A DNA stretch of 64,000 bases from contig JANOQI010000024.1 in NCBI GenBank assembly GCA_031414775.1, positions 32,001-96,000 on the forward strand, given 5' to 3'. This DNA comes from Synechococcales cyanobacterium VAR_4_metabat_354 (GTDB lineage Bacteria > Cyanobacteriota > Cyanobacteriia > Cyanobacteriales > Chamaesiphonaceae). Below the pieces are notes generated by a model, which had not been told where the DNA came from, ran no database searches, and worked only from the letters and a program-made list of their open reading frames with translations. Positions 50,516 through 59,739 of the stretch are shown here, piece by piece; position 1 is the first letter of the stretch; each line of letters begins with the position of its first letter. A program made the position numbers and the translations under genes.

Positions 50516-51384
50516 AAGGAATTATTTTAGCTGGCGGCTCTGGTACTCGTTTGTATCCTCTCACTCGGGTGATTTCCAAACAGCTGATGCCGATCTATGA
50601 CAAGCCGATGATTTACTATCCCTTGTCCACATTGATGCTAGCGGGTATTCAGGAAATCTTGCTGATTTCCACCCCCCATGATTTACCAATGTTTCAAGAG
50701 TTGTTGGGGGATGGCAGCCAAATCGGTTTATCGATTAGTTATGCGTTCCAGCCCAAGCCAGAAGGTCTAGCACAGGCTTTTATTATTGGGAAAAACTTCG
50801 TTGGTAACGATACAGTTGCTCTCATTTTGGGTGACAACATTTTTTATGGTGATAGCCTAAGTTTTAGTCTCCAAAAAGCAGCGCAGCTCAGCCAAGGAGC
50901 GATGGTGTTTGGTTACTATGTTGGTGATGCCTCTCGCTATGGAGTAATCGAGTTTGATACTGAGGGTGTAGCCGTTTCGATTGAAGAAAAGCCACTACAC
51001 CCAAAGTCTAACTATGCAGTGACTGGGTTATATTTTTATGATAATCAAGTAATTGATATTGCTCATGATATTGATTTCTCAGACCGAGGAGAATTAGAAA
51101 TTACGACTGTTAATCAGCGATATCTGGAGATGGGACAATTACAAGTTGATATTTTGGGGCGCGGCACCGCTTGGCTTGATACTGGTACTCACAGCAGCTT
51201 GCTCCAAGCTTCTACTTTTGTTGAGACTATTGAACAGCGACAAGGATTAAAAATCGCTTGTATTGAAGAAGTCGCATTTCGGATGGGATATATTGATGCC
51301 CAACAGTTGATATCGATCGCAAATACTATGGCTAAAAATGACTATGGCAAATATCTGCTCAGATTAGCGATCGAAGGCTTCTAA
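50512..51384 (+). CDS. rfbA: Glucose-1-phosphate thymidylyltransferase
   Basis: [39 protein letters not shown] and WLDTGT. ATGA overlap with rfbB. Confidence 0.96.
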   Translation: MKGIILAGGSGTRLYPLTRVISKQLMPIYDKPMIYYPLSTLMLAGIQEILLISTPHDLPMFQELLGDGSQIGLSISYAFQPKPEGLAQAFIIGKNFVGNDTVALILGDNIFYGDSLSFSLQKAAQLSQGAMVFGYYVGDASRYGVIEFDTEGVAVSIEEKPLHPKSNYAVTGLYFYDNQVIDIAHDIDFSDRGELEITTVNQRYLEMGQLQVDILGRGTAWLDTGTHSSLLQASTFVETIEQRQGLKIACIEEVAFRMGYIDAQQLISIANTMAKNDYGKYLLRLAIEGF

Positions 51385-51434
51385 CTAAATAGTAGCAGCC
51401 TCAAAATACACCGACATTGATGGAAAAGTAGGTA

Positions 51435-52364
51435 ATGAGAACAGTATTAGTCACGGGAGCAAATGGTTTTATTGGATCGGCAACTTGTCATGCTTTGCGA
51501 AATGCTGGGTGGAATGTCTTCGGAACAGTTCGTAGCGCAGTTGCTGAAGACAAGATGTCGGCGGTAGGTGATATTGGAGCAATGACAGCAACAGATTGGC
51601 TACCAATTTTGGTGGGTATTGAGACCATCATTCACTTGGCTGGACGGGCACATGTACTAAAAGAGACGGTCGCCGATCCGCTGGCGGAGTTTCGACGGGT
51701 CAACACAGAAGGAACTAGGCAATTAATGTCTGCAGCCGCAGAGGCTGGAGTTAAACGATTTGTTTTTGTAAGTAGTATTGGTGTAAATGGAGATGTATCC
51801 AATGAAGCTGGATTCACAGAAGAAAGCTCGGTAAATCCCCATAAGCCTTATGCCGTAAGTAAATATGAGGCCGAGTTATTATTGCGATCGATGGTAGCTA
51901 AATCTGAAATGGAGTTAGTGATAGTGAGACCACCACTAGTCTATGGAGCCGGAGTAAAAGGTAATTTCGCTAAGTTAAAGAAGTTAGTAGCCCAGGGAAT
52001 ACCTTTGCCGGTTGGTTTAGCCAATAATCAACGGACATTAGTGAGTGTTGATAATTTGGCAAGTTTTTTAGTACGTTGTGTAGAACATCCTCAAGCGGCA
52101 GGAGAATTGTTTCTAGTAGGAGATGAACATTCAATTTCGACCAAAGAGTTAGTAAGATTACTAGGACACAGTATCGGAAAAAAGAACATATTATTGCCTA
52201 TTCCAGCAATTCTCGCTCGCTTTGGGGCAAGATTGATAGGTAAACAAGACCTGTATAATCAACTTTTCGGTTCACTAGTATTAGATATTAGCAAAGCTAA
52301 AAATCTTCTACAATGGCACCCCCCCGCTAACATTAGAGATTCAATATCACAAGAGGTTGTGTAA
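51435..52364 (+). CDS. NAD-dependent epimerase/dehydratase (WbpV/WbpK-like nucleotide-sugar reductase or epimerase)
   Basis: VTGANGFIG, HLAGRAHV, SSIGVNG, YAVSK and RPPLVYG.GVKGNF. Confidence 0.85.
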   Translation: MRTVLVTGANGFIGSATCHALRNAGWNVFGTVRSAVAEDKMSAVGDIGAMTATDWLPILVGIETIIHLAGRAHVLKETVADPLAEFRRVNTEGTRQLMSAAAEAGVKRFVFVSSIGVNGDVSNEAGFTEESSVNPHKPYAVSKYEAELLLRSMVAKSEMELVIVRPPLVYGAGVKGNFAKLKKLVAQGIPLPVGLANNQRTLVSVDNLASFLVRCVEHPQAAGELFLVGDEHSISTKELVRLLGHSIGKKNILLPIPAILARFGARLIGKQDLYNQLFGSLVLDISKAKNLLQWHPPANIRDSISQEVV

Positions 52365-52405
52365 AGATAGATTAAAGTGATGTTAACTGATTCAAAATAG
52401 CAGCA

Positions 52406-53746
52406 ATGCAACCACTCAAAGCACTAACACTTCGTCAGAATTTTTCATGGACTTTTGCTGGCAATATGGTTTACGCCGCCGCCCAGTGGGGAATGCTAGT
52501 AGTGCTGGCCAAACTGGGTAGCCCCGAAATGGTAGGGCAATTTACCCTGGGACTAGCCGTAACAGCGCCAATAATACTATTTGGCAACCTTCAGTTACGA
52601 CAGATTCAAGTGACAGATGTTAACCAAAAGTATTCATTTGGGGATTATCTAGGTCTGAGATTGATCTGCATCGCTCTGTCATTGTTAGCGATCGCTGTCA
52701 TTACTTTTACTGCTCATTACTCTCAGCAAACGTCGCTAATTATCTTAGTTATTGGTTTATCAAAAGCGGTGGAATCGATTAGTGATATATTTCACGGGCT
52801 ATTTCAATATAATGAGCGCATGGATCGCATCGCTTTTTCTTTGATCATTAAAGGATTGCTGTCACTACTAGCCCTGGCAGTAGGTGTATATGTGAGTGGA
52901 ACTGCTTTAGGAGGGGCGATTGGACTAGTAACTGTTTGGCTGCTAGTTTTGATATTTTATGATATTCCCAGCAGTTTTTTGATATTGAGAGCTGTACCTC
53001 TGGCCGAAAATATCCCGGCACAAGAAGTATCTAACCAAAGTTCTACATCCAGAATTTTACAGTTGCAGCCCAGGTTTAACCTTACAGATCTGCGTAGCTT
53101 AGTTACATTATCTTTGCCTTTGGGTTTTGTGATGATGCTAATTTCTCTCAATGCAAATATTCCTCGATATTTTATCGAACATCATCTCGGTGTGCGCGAA
53201 CTGGGGATTTTTTCTGCTTTATCGTATCTAATAGTTGCAGGTGGGATTGTGGTAAGTGCGCTGGGACAATCGGCTAGTCCAAGGTTAGCTAAATATTATG
53301 CCGCAGGCAACCGAAAAGACTTTCAAAGTCTTTTACTAAAGCTATTTTTAATTGGTACATTTTTAGGTGGAGTTGCCGTCTTGATGGCGGCGATTGCTGG
53401 TAAAGAAATTCTCACTATTTTGTATCGTCCCGAATACGCTCAACAAGTATATTTATTCATTTTGTTAATGGTAGCAGCAGGGATTGGATATGTTGCCTCA
53501 TTCTTAGGCTATGCCATGACAGCTGCACAATATTTTCAGGTTCAAATGCCGCTATTTACAGTAGTTACTGGCATTTCAGCATTAGTCTGCCTCTGGCTAA
53601 TTCCCAGCAAAGGACTTATTGGAGCTGCAATTGCATTAATCATTGGTGCCGTTGTCCAAGCCATATTTAGTTTAGGAGTTATTTTTTATGCCTTACAAAA
53701 ACTTGACAAATCTACCAGCCTCAGCAGACCCGACCCCTTTAAGTAA
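52406..53746 (+). CDS. wzx: Oligosaccharide flippase (Wzx)
   Basis: Multi-TM MOP-type protein, LRQNFSWTFAGN N-terminus, located in a polysaccharide cluster. Confidence 0.88.
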   Translation: MQPLKALTLRQNFSWTFAGNMVYAAAQWGMLVVLAKLGSPEMVGQFTLGLAVTAPIILFGNLQLRQIQVTDVNQKYSFGDYLGLRLICIALSLLAIAVITFTAHYSQQTSLIILVIGLSKAVESISDIFHGLFQYNERMDRIAFSLIIKGLLSLLALAVGVYVSGTALGGAIGLVTVWLLVLIFYDIPSSFLILRAVPLAENIPAQEVSNQSSTSRILQLQPRFNLTDLRSLVTLSLPLGFVMMLISLNANIPRYFIEHHLGVRELGIFSALSYLIVAGGIVVSALGQSASPRLAKYYAAGNRKDFQSLLLKLFLIGTFLGGVAVLMAAIAGKEILTILYRPEYAQQVYLFILLMVAAGIGYVASFLGYAMTAAQYFQVQMPLFTVVTGISALVCLWLIPSKGLIGAAIALIIGAVVQAIFSLGVIFYALQKLDKSTSLSRPDPFK

Positions 53747-54899
53747 ACCAATCCGTATTTTGCATGTCGTAGGCGGGATGGATCGAGGTGGAGCTGAAAC
53801 TTGGCTGATGCACATTCTTCGGCATATCGATCGACAACAGTTTCAGATGGATTTTTTGGTGCATTCAGATCAAAACTATGCTTATAAAGATGAACTTAAA
53901 GCTCTTGGTAGCCAAATTTTTACATGCTTAGAACCATCTCGACCTTGGCTTTATGCCTCTAATTTTAAAAAAATATTAATAGAGCATGGCCCCTACGATA
54001 TGGTGCATACTCATCTTCATCACTATAGTGCTTATGTTCTTTATTTAGCAAAACAAGCAGGTATCAAATCGCGAATTATTCATAGCCATATTGATACTTC
54101 TTCGATCGAATCGAAGGCCAACTGGCAGAGACAAATCTACACGGCTCTGACCAAATGGTCGATCAATAAAAACGCAACAGTTGGTATTGCAGCTAGCCAA
54201 ATGGCGGCCACAGATTTGCTCGGTTCACTATGGGAAGATGACTCTCGTTGGCAAATGCTCTACTACGGAATTGATTTAGCACCTTTTGACCATACTGACG
54301 AAGACACTGATATTCGAGCTGAATTTGGTATTCCTATAGATGCTTTTGTCGTTGGTCATGTTGGCAGATTCGAGACCCAAAAAAACCATCATTTTTTGAT
54401 AGAAATTGCTGCTGAGATTGCTAAGCGAGAACCAAAGATGCGTCTACTATTACTGGGGGTCGGCTCTCTCCGGGCAGAGATAGAAGAAAAAGCTACCCAG
54501 ATGGGTTTGGCCGACCAAGTTATTTTTGCAGGCTCCCGTCCTGATGTCCCGCGTCTAATGAAGGGAATTATGGATGTATTTTTATTCCCATCTTGCTATG
54601 AAGGGCTAGGCATAGTACTGGTGGAAGCACAGGCAGCTGGTCTAACTTGTGTTTTTTCAGATGTTGTCCCTATAGAAGCCGATTTAGTGAAACCTTTGGT
54701 GCAAAGAATACCTCTAACAAAATCAGCCTCTTACTGGTCTGAAGCTGTCTTGGCTACCCGAAATGAGCAGCCACCAGTTCCAAAATCTGATGCTTTAGAC
54801 AAAGTGTCACAAAGTGCCTTCAACATTAAGGTAAGTGTAGAAGAGCTGACAAAATTCTATTATAAAGCTATCAATGCCTTACAAAATAGCGATAACTGA
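53688..54899 (+). CDS. Glycosyltransferase family 4 (CapH/EpsF-like)
   Basis: ILHVVGGMDRGGAET, IIHSH, GHVGRF..QKNH and EGLGIVLVEAQAAG. AGGAG lies upstream of ATG 53688. Confidence 0.9.
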   Translation: MPYKNLTNLPASADPTPLSKPIRILHVVGGMDRGGAETWLMHILRHIDRQQFQMDFLVHSDQNYAYKDELKALGSQIFTCLEPSRPWLYASNFKKILIEHGPYDMVHTHLHHYSAYVLYLAKQAGIKSRIIHSHIDTSSIESKANWQRQIYTALTKWSINKNATVGIAASQMAATDLLGSLWEDDSRWQMLYYGIDLAPFDHTDEDTDIRAEFGIPIDAFVVGHVGRFETQKNHHFLIEIAAEIAKREPKMRLLLLGVGSLRAEIEEKATQMGLADQVIFAGSRPDVPRLMKGIMDVFLFPSCYEGLGIVLVEAQAAGLTCVFSDVVPIEADLVKPLVQRIPLTKSASYWSEAVLATRNEQPPVPKSDALDKVSQSAFNIKVSVEELTKFYYKAINALQNSDN

Positions 54900-54924
54900 A
54901 ATTCATTTAAGTATAGACGTTATT

Positions 54925-56070
54925 TTAGCGATTAAGAGCTTCTGTATATAGCTTTGTATGCAAGTCTAGAATATTATTAATGTCGTAGTCAGACATACGC
55001 TTTCGACCCCGTTCACCCATTATCTTTGCTTCTGAAGTATGCTCTATAATCCAAACCATTGCATCAGATAGAGCCTGAATATCACCGACCTTCACCAACA
55101 GACCGCATTCATCTGCTAATAAATCACTAATTCCTCGAATTGCTGTCCCAATGACTGGTGTTTCTAAGCACAATGCTTCCATAATACTTCTGGGCAAACC
55201 CTCACGTTTGGAAGTCAGTAGAACTGCTGTTGATGAACAAATCAAGGTGGGAATGTCGCTACGATATCCCAAGAAGTGCACTTGACTTTTCACACCCAAC
55301 TCATCAATTAATTGCTTGATTTCATCTACAAATGCTGGTAGACCCTCTCCTGCAAAAGCCAGATGTACGTCAGTTCGCTTCAACTGAGCCAGTGCCTGAA
55401 CCATATCTTTATGGCGTTTATTGGGAGTGAATTCCGCTACAGCTAACAATAGTGGATCGGCTAGTGATATTCCAATTTCTTGGCGTACTCGATCGATATC
55501 TGTCTTGCTAACTTGCTGTCGATTGTAATTGTTAATATCAACTCCAATCCCTGGCATATAACGAATTCGTTCCGGTGGCAGAAAACGGTATTGATTAGCA
55601 GCTTTCTCATCTTCATGGTTAATAACTATCAGATAATCTGTCCAAGCACCGGCCAGTTTTTCCATTGTCCTAAAAACATTATTTGTTAAAGGATTTCCAC
55701 CTACATGGAAATGGAAACCATGGGCAGTATATATTACTTTTACTTTGCTACTTTTTCTCAAATTATTCAAAGAATATCGAGTAACCAAAGCTGCCACTGG
55801 TGTGTGGACATGGACTATGTCATATTGTCCTTGTTCTACAATGCGACGGATTGTATTAGGTGCCCACAGAAAATTCCTAGGATCAAGAGGGTTTCGAGAT
55901 AGATCAACATCCCAAACATTATCAAATATCTTCAAACATTGAGAATCTTCTGAAATACCACAAGCCATGCCATCAACTAACCAGCCTTGTGAACGGAAGT
56001 GTTTAATAAAAGGAAACAAAAAGCTTCTTAAAGTAACCGGAACCGTTGTAACCATCAAAATTTTTTTCAT
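54925..56070 (-). CDS. Glycosyltransferase family 4 (EpsD-like)
   Basis: VHVHTPVA, IYTAHGFHF and EGLPRSIMEA. Confidence 0.9.
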   Translation of the reverse strand: MKKILMVTTVPVTLRSFLFPFIKHFRSQGWLVDGMACGISEDSQCLKIFDNVWDVDLSRNPLDPRNFLWAPNTIRRIVEQGQYDIVHVHTPVAALVTRYSLNNLRKSSKVKVIYTAHGFHFHVGGNPLTNNVFRTMEKLAGAWTDYLIVINHEDEKAANQYRFLPPERIRYMPGIGVDINNYNRQQVSKTDIDRVRQEIGISLADPLLLAVAEFTPNKRHKDMVQALAQLKRTDVHLAFAGEGLPAFVDEIKQLIDELGVKSQVHFLGYRSDIPTLICSSTAVLLTSKREGLPRSIMEALCLETPVIGTAIRGISDLLADECGLLVKVGDIQALSDAMVWIIEHTSEAKIMGERGRKRMSDYDINNILDLHTKLYTEALNR

Positions 56071-56079
56071 TTATTTACT

Positions 56080-57030
56080 TCACGCCAGTGGATATGCGGT
56101 TTGTAATAACTCGGCCAGACCGTCTCGCATACTGACAGTGGGTGACCAGCCTAAAGATTGTATAGCTGAGATATCAGCTAAACTATGACGAATGTCTCCG
56201 GAACGAAAGGGTTGATGAGTCGATTTTAAATTAGTGCCGGTTAAATCATTCAATAGATCAACAATTTCTAGCAAAGAGGTAGCACTTCCTCGACCAACAT
56301 TAAATGTTCGACCCGAAGCTTCAGGATGTTCCATCGCTAACAGATTAGCCTGAACTACATCCGAAACATGTATGAAGTCACGGGTTTGAGAGCCATCACC
56401 ATAAATAGTGGGGGCAATTTTTTGATGAAGTCGATCGCCAAAAATTGAAATCACGCCAGAGTATGGATTAGAAGGGTCTTGGCGGGAACCAAAAACATTG
56501 AAATATCGCAAACAAACAAATTCCACTCCAAAAGTGTTTGCATAGCAGTGTCCCATCAGTTCAGAAGCTAACTTATCTATCCCATAGGGAGTAATTGGCC
56601 TAGTCGGCATAGCCTCTTGTTTCGGCAAAGTTGGTTCATCACCATAAACAGCCGCACTGCCCGCAAACAATACCCGTTGTACTCCTGTTTGGCGAGCAGC
56701 TTCTAAGATGTTTAGGGTGCCGCCATAGTTTACTTTTCCGGTACCGATCGGATCAGCCACAGATTTTGGCACACTAGCAATAGCAGCTTCATGAAAGACA
56801 TTACTACAGCCTTGCGTTGCTTCTAGCACAGTCGGCCAGTCTGCAATATCACCGACTAATACTTCTACAAATTGGGGATCAAAAGCAGCAATATTTTCTA
56901 ATTTACCAGTCGAAAGATTATCTAAAATACGAACTTGCTCACCTCTTTTTACCAAGGATTCCACAATATGTGAACCAATAAATCCACATCCCCCAGTTAC
57001 CAGCACCTTCCTTTGATTTGGAATTGTCAT
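56080..57030 (-). CDS. SDR nucleotide-sugar epimerase (WbpP-like UDP-GlcNAc 4-epimerase)
   Basis: VTGGCGFIGSH, HEAAIASVPKSV, YGIDK, LRYFNVFG.RQDP..PYSGVI and GDIRHS.AD. Confidence 0.88.
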   Translation of the reverse strand: MTIPNQRKVLVTGGCGFIGSHIVESLVKRGEQVRILDNLSTGKLENIAAFDPQFVEVLVGDIADWPTVLEATQGCSNVFHEAAIASVPKSVADPIGTGKVNYGGTLNILEAARQTGVQRVLFAGSAAVYGDEPTLPKQEAMPTRPITPYGIDKLASELMGHCYANTFGVEFVCLRYFNVFGSRQDPSNPYSGVISIFGDRLHQKIAPTIYGDGSQTRDFIHVSDVVQANLLAMEHPEASGRTFNVGRGSATSLLEIVDLLNDLTGTNLKSTHQPFRSGDIRHSLADISAIQSLGWSPTVSMRDGLAELLQTAYPLA

Positions 57031-57167
57031 TGTTTATCCATCCTAAAAAATTGACTTCTCTCATAATAAATACCAATAGGAACCAGTTCATAATTCACCA
57101 AAGTGTTTTCAACCCAATGAGTTATGACCTGGTTTCAACTATTCAATATATGAATTTTGGTAGTCAA

Positions 57168-58724
57168 TTAATTATTGGCTTCCACCATGACGCTTCTTAA
57201 CAAAGAGTTATAGCCAGAAGAAGCTTCCCACGTGTCTTTATTCGCCAGCTGAATAGAATATTCAGGACGATTTTTTAACTTGGGAGCCGGATCAGGCAAA
57301 TTTACCAGCACATCATACTCACCAGTAGCTAAATTGGCGGGTAGCCGTTGCTGAACTTTGATAGTTTGTGTTTCTTTAGCCTGCCAAAAACGGGGATCAT
57401 TCGATAGCCCTAAGCGAGTAATTGCACCGCTTTTGCGATTACGTAGAATTATTTCTAGCTTCCGAGGATTATAAGGGGAAGCCCAACCATCATTAGTAAT
57501 CTTGAAGCTCATTAGTAACTGGCCACCAGCTTTTACCTTACGGGGGAGGGCAGATTCTAGTAACCGGAAACGGTATCCAAAAGTTTTGGCAATTGTTTCA
57601 TAGCAGCCATCCTTACGCCAGCGTTTATAAGAAGAAGTGGGAGATGCTACGTTAAAACCACCGTTGATGGTACTCCAGCGCATCTGGCTAAAGATTTTCA
57701 GTGCGCGTGGACAGCTCTCATAGTTATTGATATAGCCATCACCGTCTTCATCTACTGTAACGGGCTTGGTCGGAATATCCCCTGGCTCACCACTCTGGAC
57801 TACATAACGATTTTCCTGGTTGAGAAAGTTTTTGATCTCTTTTTCGTTTTTGCGGGGACTCCAGAAGGTACTGGCGTTCCACTCGCCGCAGATCGAGCAA
57901 TCATCATTGTGAGCCCAGCGGGCTTTTTTACTGCCGCTAAAAGCTTCGGATGCTTTAATCGGAGCAATTGGTTTCCAGTCTTTGGAGCCAAAATAATCAA
58001 ACTTATACCGGGGATAGCGCACCGTTACCATTCTCTCTTTTGGCAAAACTTCAAATATTTTGTTCATAATCAGCCGTGAATTATTATTCATCACCGCTTG
58101 GCCTTCTTTATCTGTTCCTATCAAATTATTGCTAGAGGTGTGCATTTCTCCCCAGCAACCAATAAATCCAGCATCCATAAAGGCAATGACATCTACATTT
58201 TTGCGGAACACTGGTTTTAACTGATCAAGATGCATCAGTACTTTATCGATCGGAGCGTCTGGTCCCCCCATGGGCCAGTTGTAGGAAAAGCGAATCACGG
58301 ATTTGAGACCAGCTTTCCGGACAGTTTCAAAATCAGTATCTAGATGTTTTAAAAACTTAGGAGAGAGCGGTCGATTGCGAAAATCTGCAATGTGATAGCG
58401 CACCATCGCTAAAGATTCACCTTTCGTACGCTGTGCTTTCAGCAATTCTATATCAAGAGGTTTGTTCCAAGCGTTGTAATTATATTTCTTGGCACTTTCT
58501 GGCGAAGGATTGCAAAAACCCCAGGCAATTTTGAGATCGGCTGGCCAGGGAGCTTCATAATTAGTAGCAAAGCCCCGTTCTGGATTGGGAAAATTTTTGT
58601 CAGTAGGCTGATAGGTTGTAAGAACAGTTGAGGAATTTTTTGCACCAACTAATTGACTTTTATAACCTGTAACTAAGATAAAGGTAGATCCCACCGCCAA
58701 AAACAATCTAGGTAAATACTTCAT
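57168..58724 (-). CDS. Secreted DUF4874/DUF4832 domain protein (putative glycoside hydrolase)
   Basis: Signal-like N-terminus, NPERGF, AGFIG.WGE.H, HNDDC, GYRF.L and N.GWA.PYN.R. Confidence 0.78.
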   Translation of the reverse strand: MKYLPRLFLAVGSTFILVTGYKSQLVGAKNSSTVLTTYQPTDKNFPNPERGFATNYEAPWPADLKIAWGFCNPSPESAKKYNYNAWNKPLDIELLKAQRTKGESLAMVRYHIADFRNRPLSPKFLKHLDTDFETVRKAGLKSVIRFSYNWPMGGPDAPIDKVLMHLDQLKPVFRKNVDVIAFMDAGFIGCWGEMHTSSNNLIGTDKEGQAVMNNNSRLIMNKIFEVLPKERMVTVRYPRYKFDYFGSKDWKPIAPIKASEAFSGSKKARWAHNDDCSICGEWNASTFWSPRKNEKEIKNFLNQENRYVVQSGEPGDIPTKPVTVDEDGDGYINNYESCPRALKIFSQMRWSTINGGFNVASPTSSYKRWRKDGCYETIAKTFGYRFRLLESALPRKVKAGGQLLMSFKITNDGWASPYNPRKLEIILRNRKSGAITRLGLSNDPRFWQAKETQTIKVQQRLPANLATGEYDVLVNLPDPAPKLKNRPEYSIQLANKDTWEASSGYNSLLRSVMVEANN

Positions 58725-58800
58725 GGGTACTCAAGTGCTCTCTATTTTCGTACTGTCATTAATTATCACCGATTACTGTACTAAAGTTACTTCATTTACA

Positions 58801-59673
58801 CTACACATATGGGTCTTTGCCATTACATCTAGCCCAAATTTGATTCCATTGAAGTAGTTCTGATTCCTTCATATCAAAACCAACTCGATGCCGCAGCACT
58901 TTAAAACCCATACCTGAAGTAATAGCAATAGTTTCTACTAATGATTTTGCTAATTGCTCTAATGCCCCATAAGCAAACAAATAGTTCTTATCCATAAGTG
59001 CTTTTTTACCTAGAGTTATGCAGAGATGGTATCTGGCATTTAGAATTTTGTTTAATGACAAACATGCCACACGATATCCAAGTAGAATATCAGGAAGGCA
59101 GGCAAAGCTACTAGTCTGATAAGTGCGCAATAAGAAGTCGTAATCTTCCATTCGGATAGCATCTGGTCGATATTGATGTTTGTCAAACCAGTCTAATCTT
59201 CCCATCCATGTTGGATGGGCAATATTAAATACTGACCAAGGACTACGACATATTTCAGCATGAGTTTCTGATCTGGCAGAAACTCCGGTAGCCTGACCAT
59301 CTGCATCAATGCGAATAGTTGCAGTTCCAAGCAAGTCAATTTCAGGATGTTCTTCTAGATATGCTACTTGAAGTTGCAAACGCTCTGGATAGGAAATATC
59401 ATCACCATCCATGCGGGCAAAATATTTACCGCTGCTGAGAGCGATCGCTTGATTTAAACGACTCGGAAGTTGCTGGTTTAGACCGTCCGAAATAATCTTA
59501 ATACGATCATCTTGAAAACTCTTTGCTATCTCTAATGTGTCATCTTTAGAACCATCATCGATTAAAATAAGCTCCCAATTATGATAAGTTTGGTTTAGAA
59601 TAGATTGAACTGATGACTTCAGGGTTTTTTCACAATTAAATACGGGCATTCCAATACTAACAAGCGGCTGCAT
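58801..59673 (-). CDS. Glycosyltransferase family 2 (EpsE-like)
   Basis: VSIGMPVFN, IDDGS.D, ARMDGDD, HPT and EDYDF. ATG 59673 follows GGAG. Confidence 0.9.
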   Translation of the reverse strand: MQPLVSIGMPVFNCEKTLKSSVQSILNQTYHNWELILIDDGSKDDTLEIAKSFQDDRIKIISDGLNQQLPSRLNQAIALSSGKYFARMDGDDISYPERLQLQVAYLEEHPEIDLLGTATIRIDADGQATGVSARSETHAEICRSPWSVFNIAHPTWMGRLDWFDKHQYRPDAIRMEDYDFLLRTYQTSSFACLPDILLGYRVACLSLNKILNARYHLCITLGKKALMDKNYLFAYGALEQLAKSLVETIAITSGMGFKVLRHRVGFDMKESELLQWNQIWARCNGKDPYV

Positions 59674-59739
59674 AATATCTCCATATATATTTATCTTTGA
59701 CAAGTTGAGAAAATTCAAATAATACTTTTTAATTGATGT

